DNA from: Centroscyllium fabricii
Taxonomy: Eukaryota
DNA length: 64,000 bases
Reading direction: 5' to 3'
Assembly (NCBI GenBank): GCA_051313645.2
Contig: JBNRSN020000013.1
Location: 104,594,001-104,658,000 of the forward strand
The translations under genes and the position numbers were made by a program. This document shows, piece after piece, positions 28,001 to 38,994 of the stretch. Numbering within the stretch: the first letter of the stretch is position 1; every line of letters begins with the position of its first letter. The notes beneath the pieces were generated by a model. It made no database searches, was not told the origin of the DNA, and was given only the letters and a program-made list of their open reading frames with translations.

Positions 28001-31000
28001 CTGTGTCTAACGCTCCGCTCTCTGTGTCTAACGCCCCGTTTTCTGTGTCTAACGCCCCGCTCTCTGTGTCTAACGCTCCGCTCTCTATGTCTAACGCCCC
28101 GCTCTCTGTGTCTAACGCTCCGCTCTCTGTGTCTAACGCCCCGCTCTCTGTGTCTAGGGCCCCGCTCTCTGTGTCTAACGCTCCACTCTCTGTGTCTAAC
28201 TCCCCTCTCTCTGTGTCTAACGCTCCGCTCACTGTGTCTAGCGCCCCGCTCTGTGTCTAGCGTCCCGCTCTCAGTGTCTAGCGCCCCACTCTCTGTGTCT
28301 AGCGCCCCGCTCTCTGTGTCTAGCGCCCCACTCTCAGTGTCTAGCACCCCACTCCCTGTGTCTAGCGCCCCGCTCTCTGTGTCTAGAGCCCCACTCTGTG
28401 TCTAACGCCCTGCTCTCAGTGTCTAATGCTCCGCTCTCTGTGTCTAACGCCCCACTCTCTGTTTCTAACGCTCCGCTCTCTGTGTCTAACGCCCCACTCT
28501 CTGTTTCTAACGCTCTGCTCTCTGTGTCAAACGCCCCACTCTCTGTGTCTAGCGCTCCACTCTGTATCTAACGCCCCGCTCTCTGTGTCTAACGCCCCGC
28601 TCACTGTGTCTAACGCCCCGCTCACTTTGTCTAACGCTCCGCTCTCTTTGTCTAACGCTCCGCTCTCTGTGTCTAACGACCCACTCTCTGTGTCTAACGC
28701 TCCGCTCTCTGTATCTAACGCCCCGCTCTCTGTGTCTAATGTCCCGCTCTCTGTGTCTAACGCCCCGCTCTCTGTGTCTAACGCCACGCTCTCTGTGTCT
28801 AACGCCCCTTTCTCTGTGTCTAACGCCCCGCTCTCTGTGTCTAACGACCCGCTCTCTGTGTCTAACGCCCCGCTCTCTGTGTCTAACGACCCACTCTCTG
28901 TGTCTAATGACCCGCTCTCTGTGTCTAACGCTCCGCTCTCTGTATCTAACGCCCCGCTCTCTGTGTCTAACGCCCCGCTCTCTGTGTCTAACACCCCGCT
29001 CTCTGTGTCTAACGCCACGCTCTCTGTGTCTAACGCCACGCTCTCTGTGTCTAACGCCCCGCTCTCTGTATCTAACGCCCTGCTCTCTGTGTCTAGCGCC
29101 CCGCTCTGTGTCTAGCGCCCCGCTCTGTGTCTAGCGCCACTCAGTGTCTAGCGTGCCGCTTTCTGTGTCTAGCGCCCCGCTCTCTGTGTCTAGCGCCCCG
29201 CTCTCTGTGTCTAGAGCCCCACTCTCTGTGTCTAACGCCCCGCTCTCTGTGTCTAACACCCCGCTCTCTGTGTCTAGGGCTCCGCTCTCTGTGTCTAGGG
29301 CTCCGCTCTCTGTGTCTAACGCCCAGCTCTCTGTGTCTAACGCTCCGCTCTCTGTGTCTAGCGCCCCGCTCTCAGTGTCTAACGCCCAGCTCTCTGTATT
29401 TAACGCCCCGCTCTCAGTGTCTAGCGCACCGCTCTCAGTGTCTAGCGCCCCATTCTGTGTCTAGCGCCCCGCTCTCAGTGTCTAGCACCCCGTTCTGTGT
29501 TTAGCGCCTCACTCTCTGCGGGTAGCGCCCCGCTCTCTGCAAGTAGCTCCCCGCTCTCTGTGTCTAACGCTCCGCTCTCTGTGTCTAACGAATCGCTCTC
29601 TGTGTCTAGCGCCCCGCTCTCTGTGTCTAACGCCCCGCTCTCTGTGTCTAACGCCCCGCTCTCTGTGTCTAACGCCCCGCTCTCTGTGTCTAGGGCCCTG
29701 CTCTCTGTGTCTAGGGCCCCGCTCTCTGTGTCTAACGCTCCGCTCTCTGTGTCTAACGCCCCGTTTTCTGTGTCTAACGCCCCGCTCTCTGTGTCTAACG
29801 CTCCGCTCTCTATGTCTAACGCCCCGCTCTCTGTGTCTAACGCTCCGCTCTCTGTGTCTAACGCCCCGCTCTCTGTGTCTAGGGCCCCGCTCTCTATGTC
29901 TAACGCCCCGCTCTCTGTGTCTAACGCTCCGCTCACTGTGTCTAGCGCCCCGCTCTGTGTCTAGCGTCCCGCTCTCAGTGTCTAGCGCCCCACTCTCTGT
30001 GTCTAGCGCCCCGCTCTCTGTGTCTAGCGCCCCACTCTCAGTGTCTAGCACCCCACTCCCTGTGTCTAGCGCCCCGCTCTCTGTGTCTAGAGCCCCACTC
30101 TGTGTCTAACGCCCTGCTCTCAGTGTCTAATGCTCCGCTCTCTGTGTCTAACGCCCCACTCTCTGTTTCTAACGCTCCGCTCTCTGTGTCTAACGCCCCA
30201 CTCTCTGTTTCTAACGCTCTGCTCTCTGTGTCAAACGCCCCACTCTCTGTGTCTAGCGCTCCACTCTGTATCTAACGCCCCGCTCTCTGTGTCTAACGCC
30301 CCGCTCACTGTGTCTAACGCCCCGCTCACTTTGTCTAACGCTCCGCTCTCTTTGTCTAACGCTCCGCTCTCTGTGTCTAACGACCCACTCTCTGTGTCTA
30401 ACGCTCCGCTCTCTGTATCTAACGCCCCGCTCTCTGTGTCTAATGTCCCGCTCTCTGTGTCTAACGCCCCGCTCTCTGTGTCTAACGCCACGCTCTCTGT
30501 GTCTAACGGCCCTTTCTCTGTGTCTAACGCCCCGCTCTCTGTGTCTAACGACCCGCTCTCTGTGTCTAACGCCCCGCTCTCTGTGTCTAACGACCCACTC
30601 TCTGTGTCTAATGACCCGCTCTCTGTGTCTAACGCTCCGCTCTCTGTATCTAACGCCCCGCTCTCTGTGTCTAACGCCCCGCTCTCTGTGTCTAACGCCC
30701 CGCTCTCTGTGTCTAACGCCACGCTCTCTGTGTCTAACGCCACGCTCTCTGTGTCTAACGCCCCGCTCTCTGTATCTAACGCCCTGCTCTCTGTGTCTAG
30801 CGCTCCGCTCTGTGTCTAGCGCCCCGCTCTGTGTCTAGCGCCACTCAGTGTCTAGCGTGCCGCTCTCTGTGTCTAGCGCCCCGCTCTCTGTGTCTAGCGC
30901 CCCGCTCTCTGTGTCTAGAGCCCCACTCTCTGTGTCTAACGCCCCGCTCTCTGTGTCTAACACCCCGCTCTCTGTGTCTAGGGCTCCGCTCTCTGTGTCT

Positions 31001-34000
31001 AGGGCTCCGCTCTCTGTGTCTACCGCCCAGCTCTCTGTGTCTAACGCTCCGCTCTCTGTGTCTAGCGCCCCGCTCTCAGTGTCTAACGCCCAGCTCTCTG
31101 TATTTAACGCCCCGCTCTCAGTGTCTAGCGCACCGCTCTCAGTGTCTAGCGCCCCATTCTGTGTCTAGCGCCCCGCTCTCAGTGTCTAGCACCCCGTTCT
31201 GTGTTTAGCGCCTCACTCTCTGCGGGTAGCGCCCCGCTCTCTGCAAGTAGCGCCCCGCTCTCTGTGTCTAACGCCCCGCTCTCTGTGTCTAACGCCCCGC
31301 TCTCTGTGTCTAACGCCCCGCTCTCTGTGTCTAGGGCCCTGCTCTCTGTGTCTAGGGCCCCGCTCTCTGTGTCTAACGCTCCGCTCTCTGTGTCTAACGC
31401 CCCGTTCTCTGTGTCTAACGCCCCGCTCTCTGTGTCTAACGCTCCGCTCTCTATGTCTAACGCCCCGCTCTCTGTGTCTAACGACCCACTCTCTGTGTCT
31501 AATGACCCGCTCTCTGTGTCTAACGCTCCGCTCTCTGTATCTAACGCCCCGCTCTCTGTGTCTAACGCCCCGCTCTCTGTGTCTAACGCCCCGCTCTCTG
31601 TGTCTAACGCCACGCTCTCTGTGTCTAACGCCACGCTCTCTGTGTCTAACGCCCCGCTCTCTGTATCTAACGCCCTGCTCTCTGTGTCTAGCGCCCCGCT
31701 CTGTGTCTAGCGCCCCGCTCTGTGTCTAGCGCCACTCAGTGTCTAGCGTGCCGCTCTCTGTGTCTAGCGCCCCGCTCTCTGTGTCTAGCGCCCCGCTCTC
31801 TGTGTCTAGAGCCCCACTCTCTGTGTCTAACGCCCCGCTCTCTGTGTCTAACACCCCGCTCTCTGTGTCTAGGGCTCCGCTCTCTGTGTCTAGGGCTCCG
31901 CTCTCTGTGTCTAACGCCCAGCTCTCTGTGTCTAACGCTCCGCTCTCTGTGTCTAGCGCCCCGCTCTCAGTGTCTAACGCCCAGCTCTCTGTATTTAACG
32001 CCCCGCTCTCAGTGTCTAGCGCACCGCTCTCAGTGTCTAGCGCCCCATTCTGTGTCTAGCGCCCCGCTCTCAGTGTCTAGCACCCCGTTCTGTGTTTAGC
32101 GCCTCACTCTCTGCGGGTAGCGCCCCGCTCTCTGCAAGTAGCGCCCCGCTCTCTGTGTCTAACGCCCCGCTCTCTGTGTCTAACGCCCCGCTCTCTGTGT
32201 CTAACGCCCCGCTCTCTGTGTCTAGGGCCCTGCTCTCTGTGTCTAGGGCCCCGCTCTCTGTGTCTAACGCTCCGCTCTCTGTGTCTAACGCCCCGTTCTC
32301 TGTGTCTAACGCCCCGCTCTCTGTGTCTAACGCTCCGCTCTCTATGTCTAACGCCCCGCTCTCTGTGTCTAACGCTCCGCTCTCTGTGTCTAACGCCCCG
32401 CTCTCTGTGTCTAGGGCCCTGCTCTCTGTGTCTAACGCTCCACTCTCTGTGTCTAACTCCCCGCTCTCTGTGTCTAACGCTCCGCTCACTGTGTCTAGCG
32501 CCCCGCTCTGTGTCTAGCGTCCCGCTCTCAGTGTCTAGCGCCCCACTCTCTGTGTCTAGCGCCCCGCTCTCTGTGTCTAGCGCCCCACTCTCAGTGTCTA
32601 GCACCCCACTCCCTGTGTCTAGCGCCCCGCTCTCTGTGTCTAGAGCCCCACTCTGTGTCTAACGCCCTGCTCTCAGTGTCTAATGCTCCGCTCTCTGTGT
32701 CTAACGCCCCACTCTCTGTTTCTAACGCTCCGCTCTCTGTGTCTAACGCCCCACTCTCTGTTTCTAACGCTCTGCTCTCTGTGTCAAACGCCCCACTCTC
32801 TGTGTCTAGCGCTCCACTCTGTGTCTAACGCCCCGCTCTCTGTGTCTAACGCCCCGCTCACTGTGTCTAACGCCCCGCTCTCTTTGTCTAACGCTCCGCT
32901 CTCTTTGTCTAACGCTCCGCTCTCTGTGTCTAACGACCCACTCTCTGTGTCTAACGCTCCGCTCTCTGTATCTAACGCCCCGCTCTCTGTGTCTAATGTC
33001 CCGCTCTCTGTGTCTAACGCCCCGCTCTCTGTGTCTAACGCCACGCTCTCTGTGTCTAACGCCCCTCTCTCTGTGTCTAACGCCCCGCTCTCTGTGTCTA
33101 ACGACCCTCTCTCTGTGTCTAACGCCCCGCTCTCTGTGTCGAACGACCCACTCTCTGTGTCTAATGACCCGCTCTCTGTGTCTAACGCTCCGCTCTCTGT
33201 ATCTAACGCCACGCTCTCTGTGTCTAACGCCCCGCTCTCTGTGTCTAACGCCCCGCTCTCTGTGTCTAACGCCACGCTCTCTGTGTCTAACGCCCCGCTC
33301 TCTGTCTAACGCCCCACTCTCTGTGTCTAATGACCCGCTCTCTGTGTCTAACGCCCCGCTCTCTGTGTCTAACGCCCCGCTCTCTGTGCCTGACGCCCCG
33401 CTCTCTGTGTCTAACGCCCCTCTCTCTGTGTCTAACGCCCCGCTCTCTGTGTCTAACGCCCCGCTCTCTGTGCCTAACGCACTGCTCTCTGTGTCTAGCG
33501 CCCCGCTCTGTGTCTAGCGCCCCGCTCTGTGTCCGGCGCCGCTCAGTGTCTAGCGTCCCGCTCTCTGCGTCTAGCGCCCCGCTCTCTGTGTCTAGCGCCC
33601 CGCTCTCAGTGTTTAGCACCCCGCTCTCAGTGTCTAGCGCCCCGCTCTCTGTGTCTAACGCCCCGCTCTCAGTGTCTAGCGTCCCGCTCTCTGTGTCTGG
33701 CACCCCGCTCTCTGTGTCTAGCGCCCCGTCTCTGTGTCTAGCGCCCCGCTCTCTGTGTCTAGCGCTCCACTCTCAGTGTCTAACGCCCTGCTCTCAGTGT
33801 CTAACGCTGCGCTCTCTGTGTCTAACGCCCCGCTCTCTGTGTCTAACACCCCACTCTCTGTGTCTTGCGCCCCGCTTTCAGTGTCTAACGCCCCGCTCTC
33901 TGTGTCTAGCGCTCCGCTCTCTGTGTCTAACACTACGCTCTCTGAGTCTAACGCCCTGCTCTCTTTGTCTAACGCTCCGCTCTCTGTGTCTAACGCCCCG

Positions 34001-37000
34001 CTCTCTGTGTCTAGAGCCCCGCTCTCTGTGTCAAACGCCCCGCTCTCTGTGTCTAACGCCCCGCTCTCTGTGTCTAACGCCCCGCTCTCTGTGTCTAACA
34101 CCCCGCTCTCTGTGTCTAACGCTCCACTCTCTTTGTCTAACGCTGCGCTCTCTGTGTCTAACGCCCCGCTCTCTGTGCCTAACGCCCCGCTCTCTTTGTC
34201 CAGCGCTCCGCTCTCTGTGTCTAACACCCCACTCTCTGTGTCTAGCGCCCCGCTTTCAGTGTCTAACGCCCCGCTCTCTGTGTCTAGCGCTCCGCTTTCT
34301 GTGTCTAACACTACGCTCTCTGTGTCTAACGCCCTGCTCTCTTTGTCTAACGCTCCGCTCTCTGTGTCTAACGCTCCGCTCTCTGTGTCTAACGCCCCAC
34401 TCTCTGTTTCTAACGCTCTGCTCTCTGTGTCAAACGCCCCACTCTCTGTGTCTAGCGCTCCACTCTGTGTCTAACGCCCCGCTCTCTGTGTCTAACGCCC
34501 CGCTCACTGTGTCTAACGCCCCGCTCTCTTTGTCTAACGCTCCGCTCTCTTTGTCTAACGCTCCGCTCTCTGTGTCTAACGACCCACTCTCTGTGTCTAA
34601 CGCTCCGCTCTCTGTATCTAACGCCCCGCTCTCTGTGTCTAATGTCCCGCTCTCTGTGTCTAACGCCCCGCTCTCTGTGTCTAACGCCACGCTCTCTGTG
34701 TCTAACGCCCCTCTCTCTGTGTCTAACGCCCCGCTCTCTGTGTCTAACGACCCGCTCTCTGTGTCTAACGCCCCGCTCTCTGTGTCGAACGACCCACTCT
34801 CTGTGTCTAATGACCCGCTCTCTGTGTCTAACGCTCCGCTCTCTGTATCTAACGCCACGCTCTCTGTGTCTAACGCCCCACTCTCTGTGTCTAACGCCCC
34901 GCTCTCTGTGTCTAACGCCACGCTCTCTGTGTCTAACGCCCCGCTCTCTGTCTAACGCCCCACTCTCTGTGTCTAATGACCCGCTCTCTGTGTCTAACGC
35001 CCCGCTCTCTGTGTCTAACGCCCCGCTCTCTGTGCCTGACGCCCCGCTCTCTGTGTCTAACGCCCCTCTCTCTGTGTCTAACGCCCCGCTCTCTGTGTCT
35101 AACGCCCCGCTCTCTGTGCCTAATGCACTGCTCTCTGTGTCTAGCGCCCCGCTCTGTGTCTAGCGCCCCGCTCTGTGTCCGGCGCCGCTCAGTGTCTAGC
35201 GTCCCGCTCTCTGCGTCTAGCGCCCCGCTCTCTGTGTCTAGCGCCCCGCTCTCAGTGTTTAGCACCCCGCTCTCAGTGTCTAGCGCCCCGCTCTCTGTGT
35301 CTAACGCCCCGCTCTCAGTGTCTAGCGTCCCGCTCTCTGTGTCTGGCACCCCGCTCTCTGTGTCTAGCGCCCCGTCTCTGTGTCTAGTGCCCCGCTCTCT
35401 GTGTCTAGCGCTCCACTCTCAGTGTCTAACGCCCTGCTCTCAGTGTCTAACGCTGCGCTCTCTGTGTCTAACGCCCCGCTCTCTGTGTCTAACACCCCAC
35501 TCTCTGTGTCTTGCGCCCCGCTTTCAGTGTCTAATGCCCCGCTCTCTGTGTCTAGCGCTCCGCTCTCTGTGTCTAACACTACGCTCTCTGAGTCTAACGC
35601 CCTGCTCTCTTTGTCTAACGCTCCGCTCTCTGTGTCTAACGCCCCGCTCTCTGTGTCTAGAGCCCCACTCTCTGTGTCAAACGCCCCGCTCTCTGTGTCT
35701 AACGCCCCGCTCTCTGTGTCTAACGCCCCGCTCTCTGTGTCTAACACCCCGCTCTCTGTGTCTAACGCTCCACTCTCTTTGTCTAACGCTGCGCTCTCTG
35801 TGTCTAACGCCCCGCTCTCTGTGCCTAACGCCCCGCTCTCTTTGTCCAGCGCTCCGCTCTCTGTGTCTAACACCCCACTCTCTGTGTCTAGCGCCCCGCT
35901 TTCAGTGTCTAACGCCCCGCTCTCTGTGTCTAGCGCTCCGCTTTCTGTGTCTAACACTACGCTCTCTGTGTCTAACGCCCTGCTCTCTTTGTCTAACGCT
36001 CCGCTCTCTGTGTCTAACGCCCCGCTCTCTGTGTCTAGAGCCCCGCTCTCTGTGTCAAACGCCCCGCTCTCTGTGTCTAACGCCCCGCTCTCTGTGTCTA
36101 ACGCCCCGCTCTCTGTGTCTAACGCCCCGCTCTCTGTGTCTAACGCCCCGCTCTCTGTGTCTAACGCCCCGCTCTCTGTGTCTAACGCACCACTCTCTGT
36201 GTCTAGAGCCCCACCCTCTGTGTCAAACGCCCCACTCTCTGTGTCTAACGCCCCACCCTCTGTGCCTAACGCCCCGCTCTCTGTGTCTAGCGCCCCGCTC
36301 TCAGTGTCTAACGCCCAGCTCTCTGTGTCTAACGCCCCACTCTCTGTGTCTAGCGCCAAGCTCTTAGTGTCTAACGCCCCACTCTCTGTGTCTAGCGCTC
36401 CGCTCTCTATGTCTAACGCCCCGCTCTCTGTGTCTAATGCCCTGCTCTCTTTGTCTAATGCTCCGCTCTCTGTGTCTAACGCCCCGCTCTCTGTGTCTAA
36501 CGACCAGCTCTCTGTTTCTAGCGCTCCGCTCTCTGTGTCAAACGCCCCGCTCTCAGTGTCTAGCACCCCGTTCTGTGTTTAGCGCCTCACTCTCTGCGGG
36601 TAGCGCCCCGCTCTCTGCAAGTAGCTCCCCGCTCTCTGTGTCCAACGCTCCGCTCTCTGTGTCTAACGAATCGCTCTCTGTGTCTAGTGCCCCGCTCTCT
36701 GTGTCTAACGCCCCGCTCTCTGTATCTAACGCCCTGCTCTCTGTGTCTAGCGCCCCGCTCTGTGTCTAGCGCCCCGCTCTGTGTCTAGCGCCACTCAGTG
36801 TCTAGCATGCTGCTCTCTGTGTCTAGCACCCCGCTCTCTGTGTCAAGCGCCCCGCTCTCTGTGTCAAGCGCCCCGCTCTCTGTGTCTAGAGCCCCGCTCT
36901 CTGTGTCTAACGCCCCGCTCTCTGTGTCTAACGCCCCGCTCTCTGTGTCTAGGGCTCCGCTCTCTGTTTCTAGGGCTCCGCTCTCTGTGTCTAACGCCCA

Positions 37001-37192
37001 GCTCTCTGTGTCTAACGCTCCGCTCTCTGTGTCTAGCGCCCCGCTCTCAGTGTCTAACGCCCAGCTCTCTGTATCTAACGCCGCGCTCTCAGTGTCTAGC
37101 GCACCGCTCTCAGTGTCTAGCGCTCCATTCTGTGTCTAGCGCCCCGCTGTCAGTGTCTAGCACCCCGTTCTGTGTTTAGCGCCTCACTCTCT

Positions 37193-37196
37193 GCGG
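37193..37196 (+). other. Left target-site duplication GCGG of the provirus (right copy 47263-47266)
   Basis: CTCTCT-GCGG-[provirus]-GCGG-GTAGCG. The uninterrupted CTCTCTGCGGGTAGCG occurs many times elsewhere, e.g. near 7915, 13812 and 36592. Confidence 0.95.
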
Positions 37197-37329
37197 TGTA
37201 AGGTCGCAATATTCCCTGCCAAAACGGATTCACAAAGACCAGAAACGAAGAATGGAGTATACATATTTTCTTTTATTTGAACAATGACAGACAAGACAGG
37301 CTGCGGCCTGATCAGAGAAAAGGGGCCTC

Positions 37330-37342
37330 CAAGATGGCCGCC
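37330..37342 (+). promoter_or_regulatory. YY1-like site in putative U3
   Basis: CAAGATGGCCGCC matches the YY1 AAGATGGCNGC consensus and is retained in the 3' LTR and the solo LTR. Confidence 0.5.
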
Positions 37343-37361
37343 GGACCACATGGCATAGTGC

Positions 37362-37379
37362 AAAACCGAAACTAAAACT
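37362..37379 (+). promoter_or_regulatory. ISRE/IRF-like element in putative U3
   Basis: AAAACCGAAACTAAAACT; the antisense AGTTTCGGTTTT is one base from the canonical ISRE AGTTTCNNTTTC. Core retained in the solo LTR near 51731-51747. Confidence 0.5.
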
Positions 37380-37735
37380 CAACTCGAAAAGCCCGCGAAG
37401 AAACCAGACATAAAGGCGCTGTTAAACCTGTAAATAAATAGCCTGCCCTTTAGAAACCGATTAGCCCGACAAAGAGATGCACCCAGTTTAAATAAGCACC
37501 CAAAACAACTGCAAATACGAAGCAGCTGGCCCGTTTAGCCAGCTACAGAAATTGTATACCCTTCGAGCATAAAGCGATTAGCACCCTTGAAAACAATGGG
37601 ACTCTAACCGGAGAAGTTAGAGCCACCATCAAAACTATTACCGGCAGGCTTGGCTGGACAAAGGAATGCAATAACCGCTTTCTACACACAATACAGGCCC
37701 TAATGGGAAAGACATTAGGCATTCAACATTTGGGG

Positions 37736-37741
37736 TATAAC
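37736..37741 (+). promoter_or_regulatory. Candidate TATA box of the LTR promoter
   Basis: GGGTATAACT is present in all LTR copies and is followed about 20-30 bp later by a pyrimidine-rich initiator-like stretch. Positional inference only. Confidence 0.4.
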
Positions 37742-38708
37742 TGGCAGCACATTTCTACAATTCGCTCTCTTATGACTTAGGACTCGTGGAGGCGACCTAT
37801 TGAAGCGGTGAGGTCTCTCTTAGCTCTTCTCGTCTCTTCTTTTTCGGTGAGCTCTTGGAGAAGGCTCTTGGATTTCTCTCTCTCGACTCGTGGAGGCGAC
37901 CTCTTGAAGCGGTGAGGTCTAGCAGTGACTTTGGGTGGGCTGTCTTTCTCGAAGACTCCAGTTCAGCTTTCTGGGTGCAGGGCAAGCAGGGTGAAGGCTC
38001 TGGCAGGACAGCAGAGTTGGGGCAGGGCAGTGTCGCATCGGAGAACCATTGCTGGTGAGGTAGTTGGTTGTTGAGGCCCATTAGCGAAGCATCCTGTTGA
38101 ACACGGCGACTAAGCTAGCGTCGGAAGAGTGGGGAAGCCCATTAGTGAAGCATCTTGGCGAACTAAGAATAAACTATCATTTGAAGAGTGGGAAAGCAAT
38201 TAGGCTAGCAGCCCGTTACAGTTCGGCTTGAGAGGGCAGGATCGGCATACCCCAGGGTCCGGTTCAGCCAGGGAGACGGTGCGGTTGGTGCGAGGAGATA
38301 GAGCAGCCTCGAGGAACCCGTCCGGGACCAGCCCGAACAGGAGCGACCGCCGCCCAAAGGGAGAAGACAACAAGTGGACTCCCGAATCTTCCACAGCCAC
38401 GTGACGACCGACGCTGCAGCCGAGGAAGCGAGGAACTTCGTAGCAGATCCCGAGTATTACCGAGTGGTGAGCATGTGCCTCGATCCTACACACCTGGACA
38501 TAGCTAGGCAATAGAGGGAAGGGTGGTTTATTTGGGGTGTATTTATAGAGTCATTGCCCCGATTTACGTTGTGCCGTGCGTTCTCCATCCCATAAGTTAT
38601 CTGTGTATGTACATATATATATATCTGTTTGGGAAACAATTGTTGGTGTATCATACTGTGTCACTCTGATGAAATACAACCTAACTGCTGTAAATATATC
38701 TCTTGGTG

Positions 38709-38758
38709 TAATAAACCTTTATCCTTACTGCTGTAAATATATCTCTTGGTGTAATAAA
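38709..38758 (+). terminator. Candidate poly(A) signals (AATAAA, tandemly duplicated at 43-bp period); a further AATAAA at 38964-38969
   Basis: ACTGCTGTAAATATATCTCTTGGTGTAATAAA occurs twice. The functional site cannot be determined from sequence alone. Confidence 0.35.
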
Positions 38759-38994
38759 AATCTTCCAACTTTACAAACTTTTATTCGAGTCTAAAATCTG
38801 AGTCCAATCGGTATCTCGTCTCTCTCTCTCTCTCTTCCTGCACCTAAGTCCAGCGTCTAGAACCGTAAAGGGTGAGCGATTCGAACCGCTCGCGGGGGAG
38901 GAGGTTATTGCGCGAGGCCTAGCGGACTGCTAGCGTAAGGCAGTAACGGACCCCAAGTCGTACAATAAAATATACGGCGCACGCTCCTTACAGA

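Larger units (their letters stand above)
1183..37196. repeat. 21-bp tandem satellite array, block 1 (consensus TCTGTGTCTAACGCCCCGCTC)
   Basis: Uninterrupted head-to-tail monomers with point variants (TAGC/TAAC, CTCC/CCCC, TAGAG, TAGGG) and occasional shortened units, mostly 19 bp from loss of one CT. Confidence 0.99.
37197..38992 (+). repeat. 5' LTR (1796 bp)
   Basis: Starts TGTAAGG and ends CCTTACA (7-bp terminal inverted repeat). Direct repeat of 45467-47262 at offset 8270, with about 7 substitutions counted by eye. Confidence 0.97.

Noticed and set aside
1183-37196. CRISPR-like short repeat array
   Set aside because: Monomers are contiguous with no unique spacers and no cas genes, and the context is eukaryotic.
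1183-37196. CENP-B box or telomeric repeat in the monomer
   Set aside because: CpG spacing does not fit TTCGNNNNANNCGGG, and there are no TTAGGG arrays. A centromeric role cannot be claimed from the sequence.
37206-37216. NF-kB-like site (GGGAATATTGC on the minus strand)
   Set aside because: It lacks the terminal CC of GGGRNNYYCC and is too weak to call.
38200-38511. 103-113-aa antisense ORF (MPSYVQVCRIEAH...) and 67-74-aa sense ORF (MEKALGF...) present in every LTR copy
   Set aside because: Starts are non-ATG (TTG), the antisense ORF has a variable C-terminus, and no motif is present. Recurrence is explained by LTR identity.
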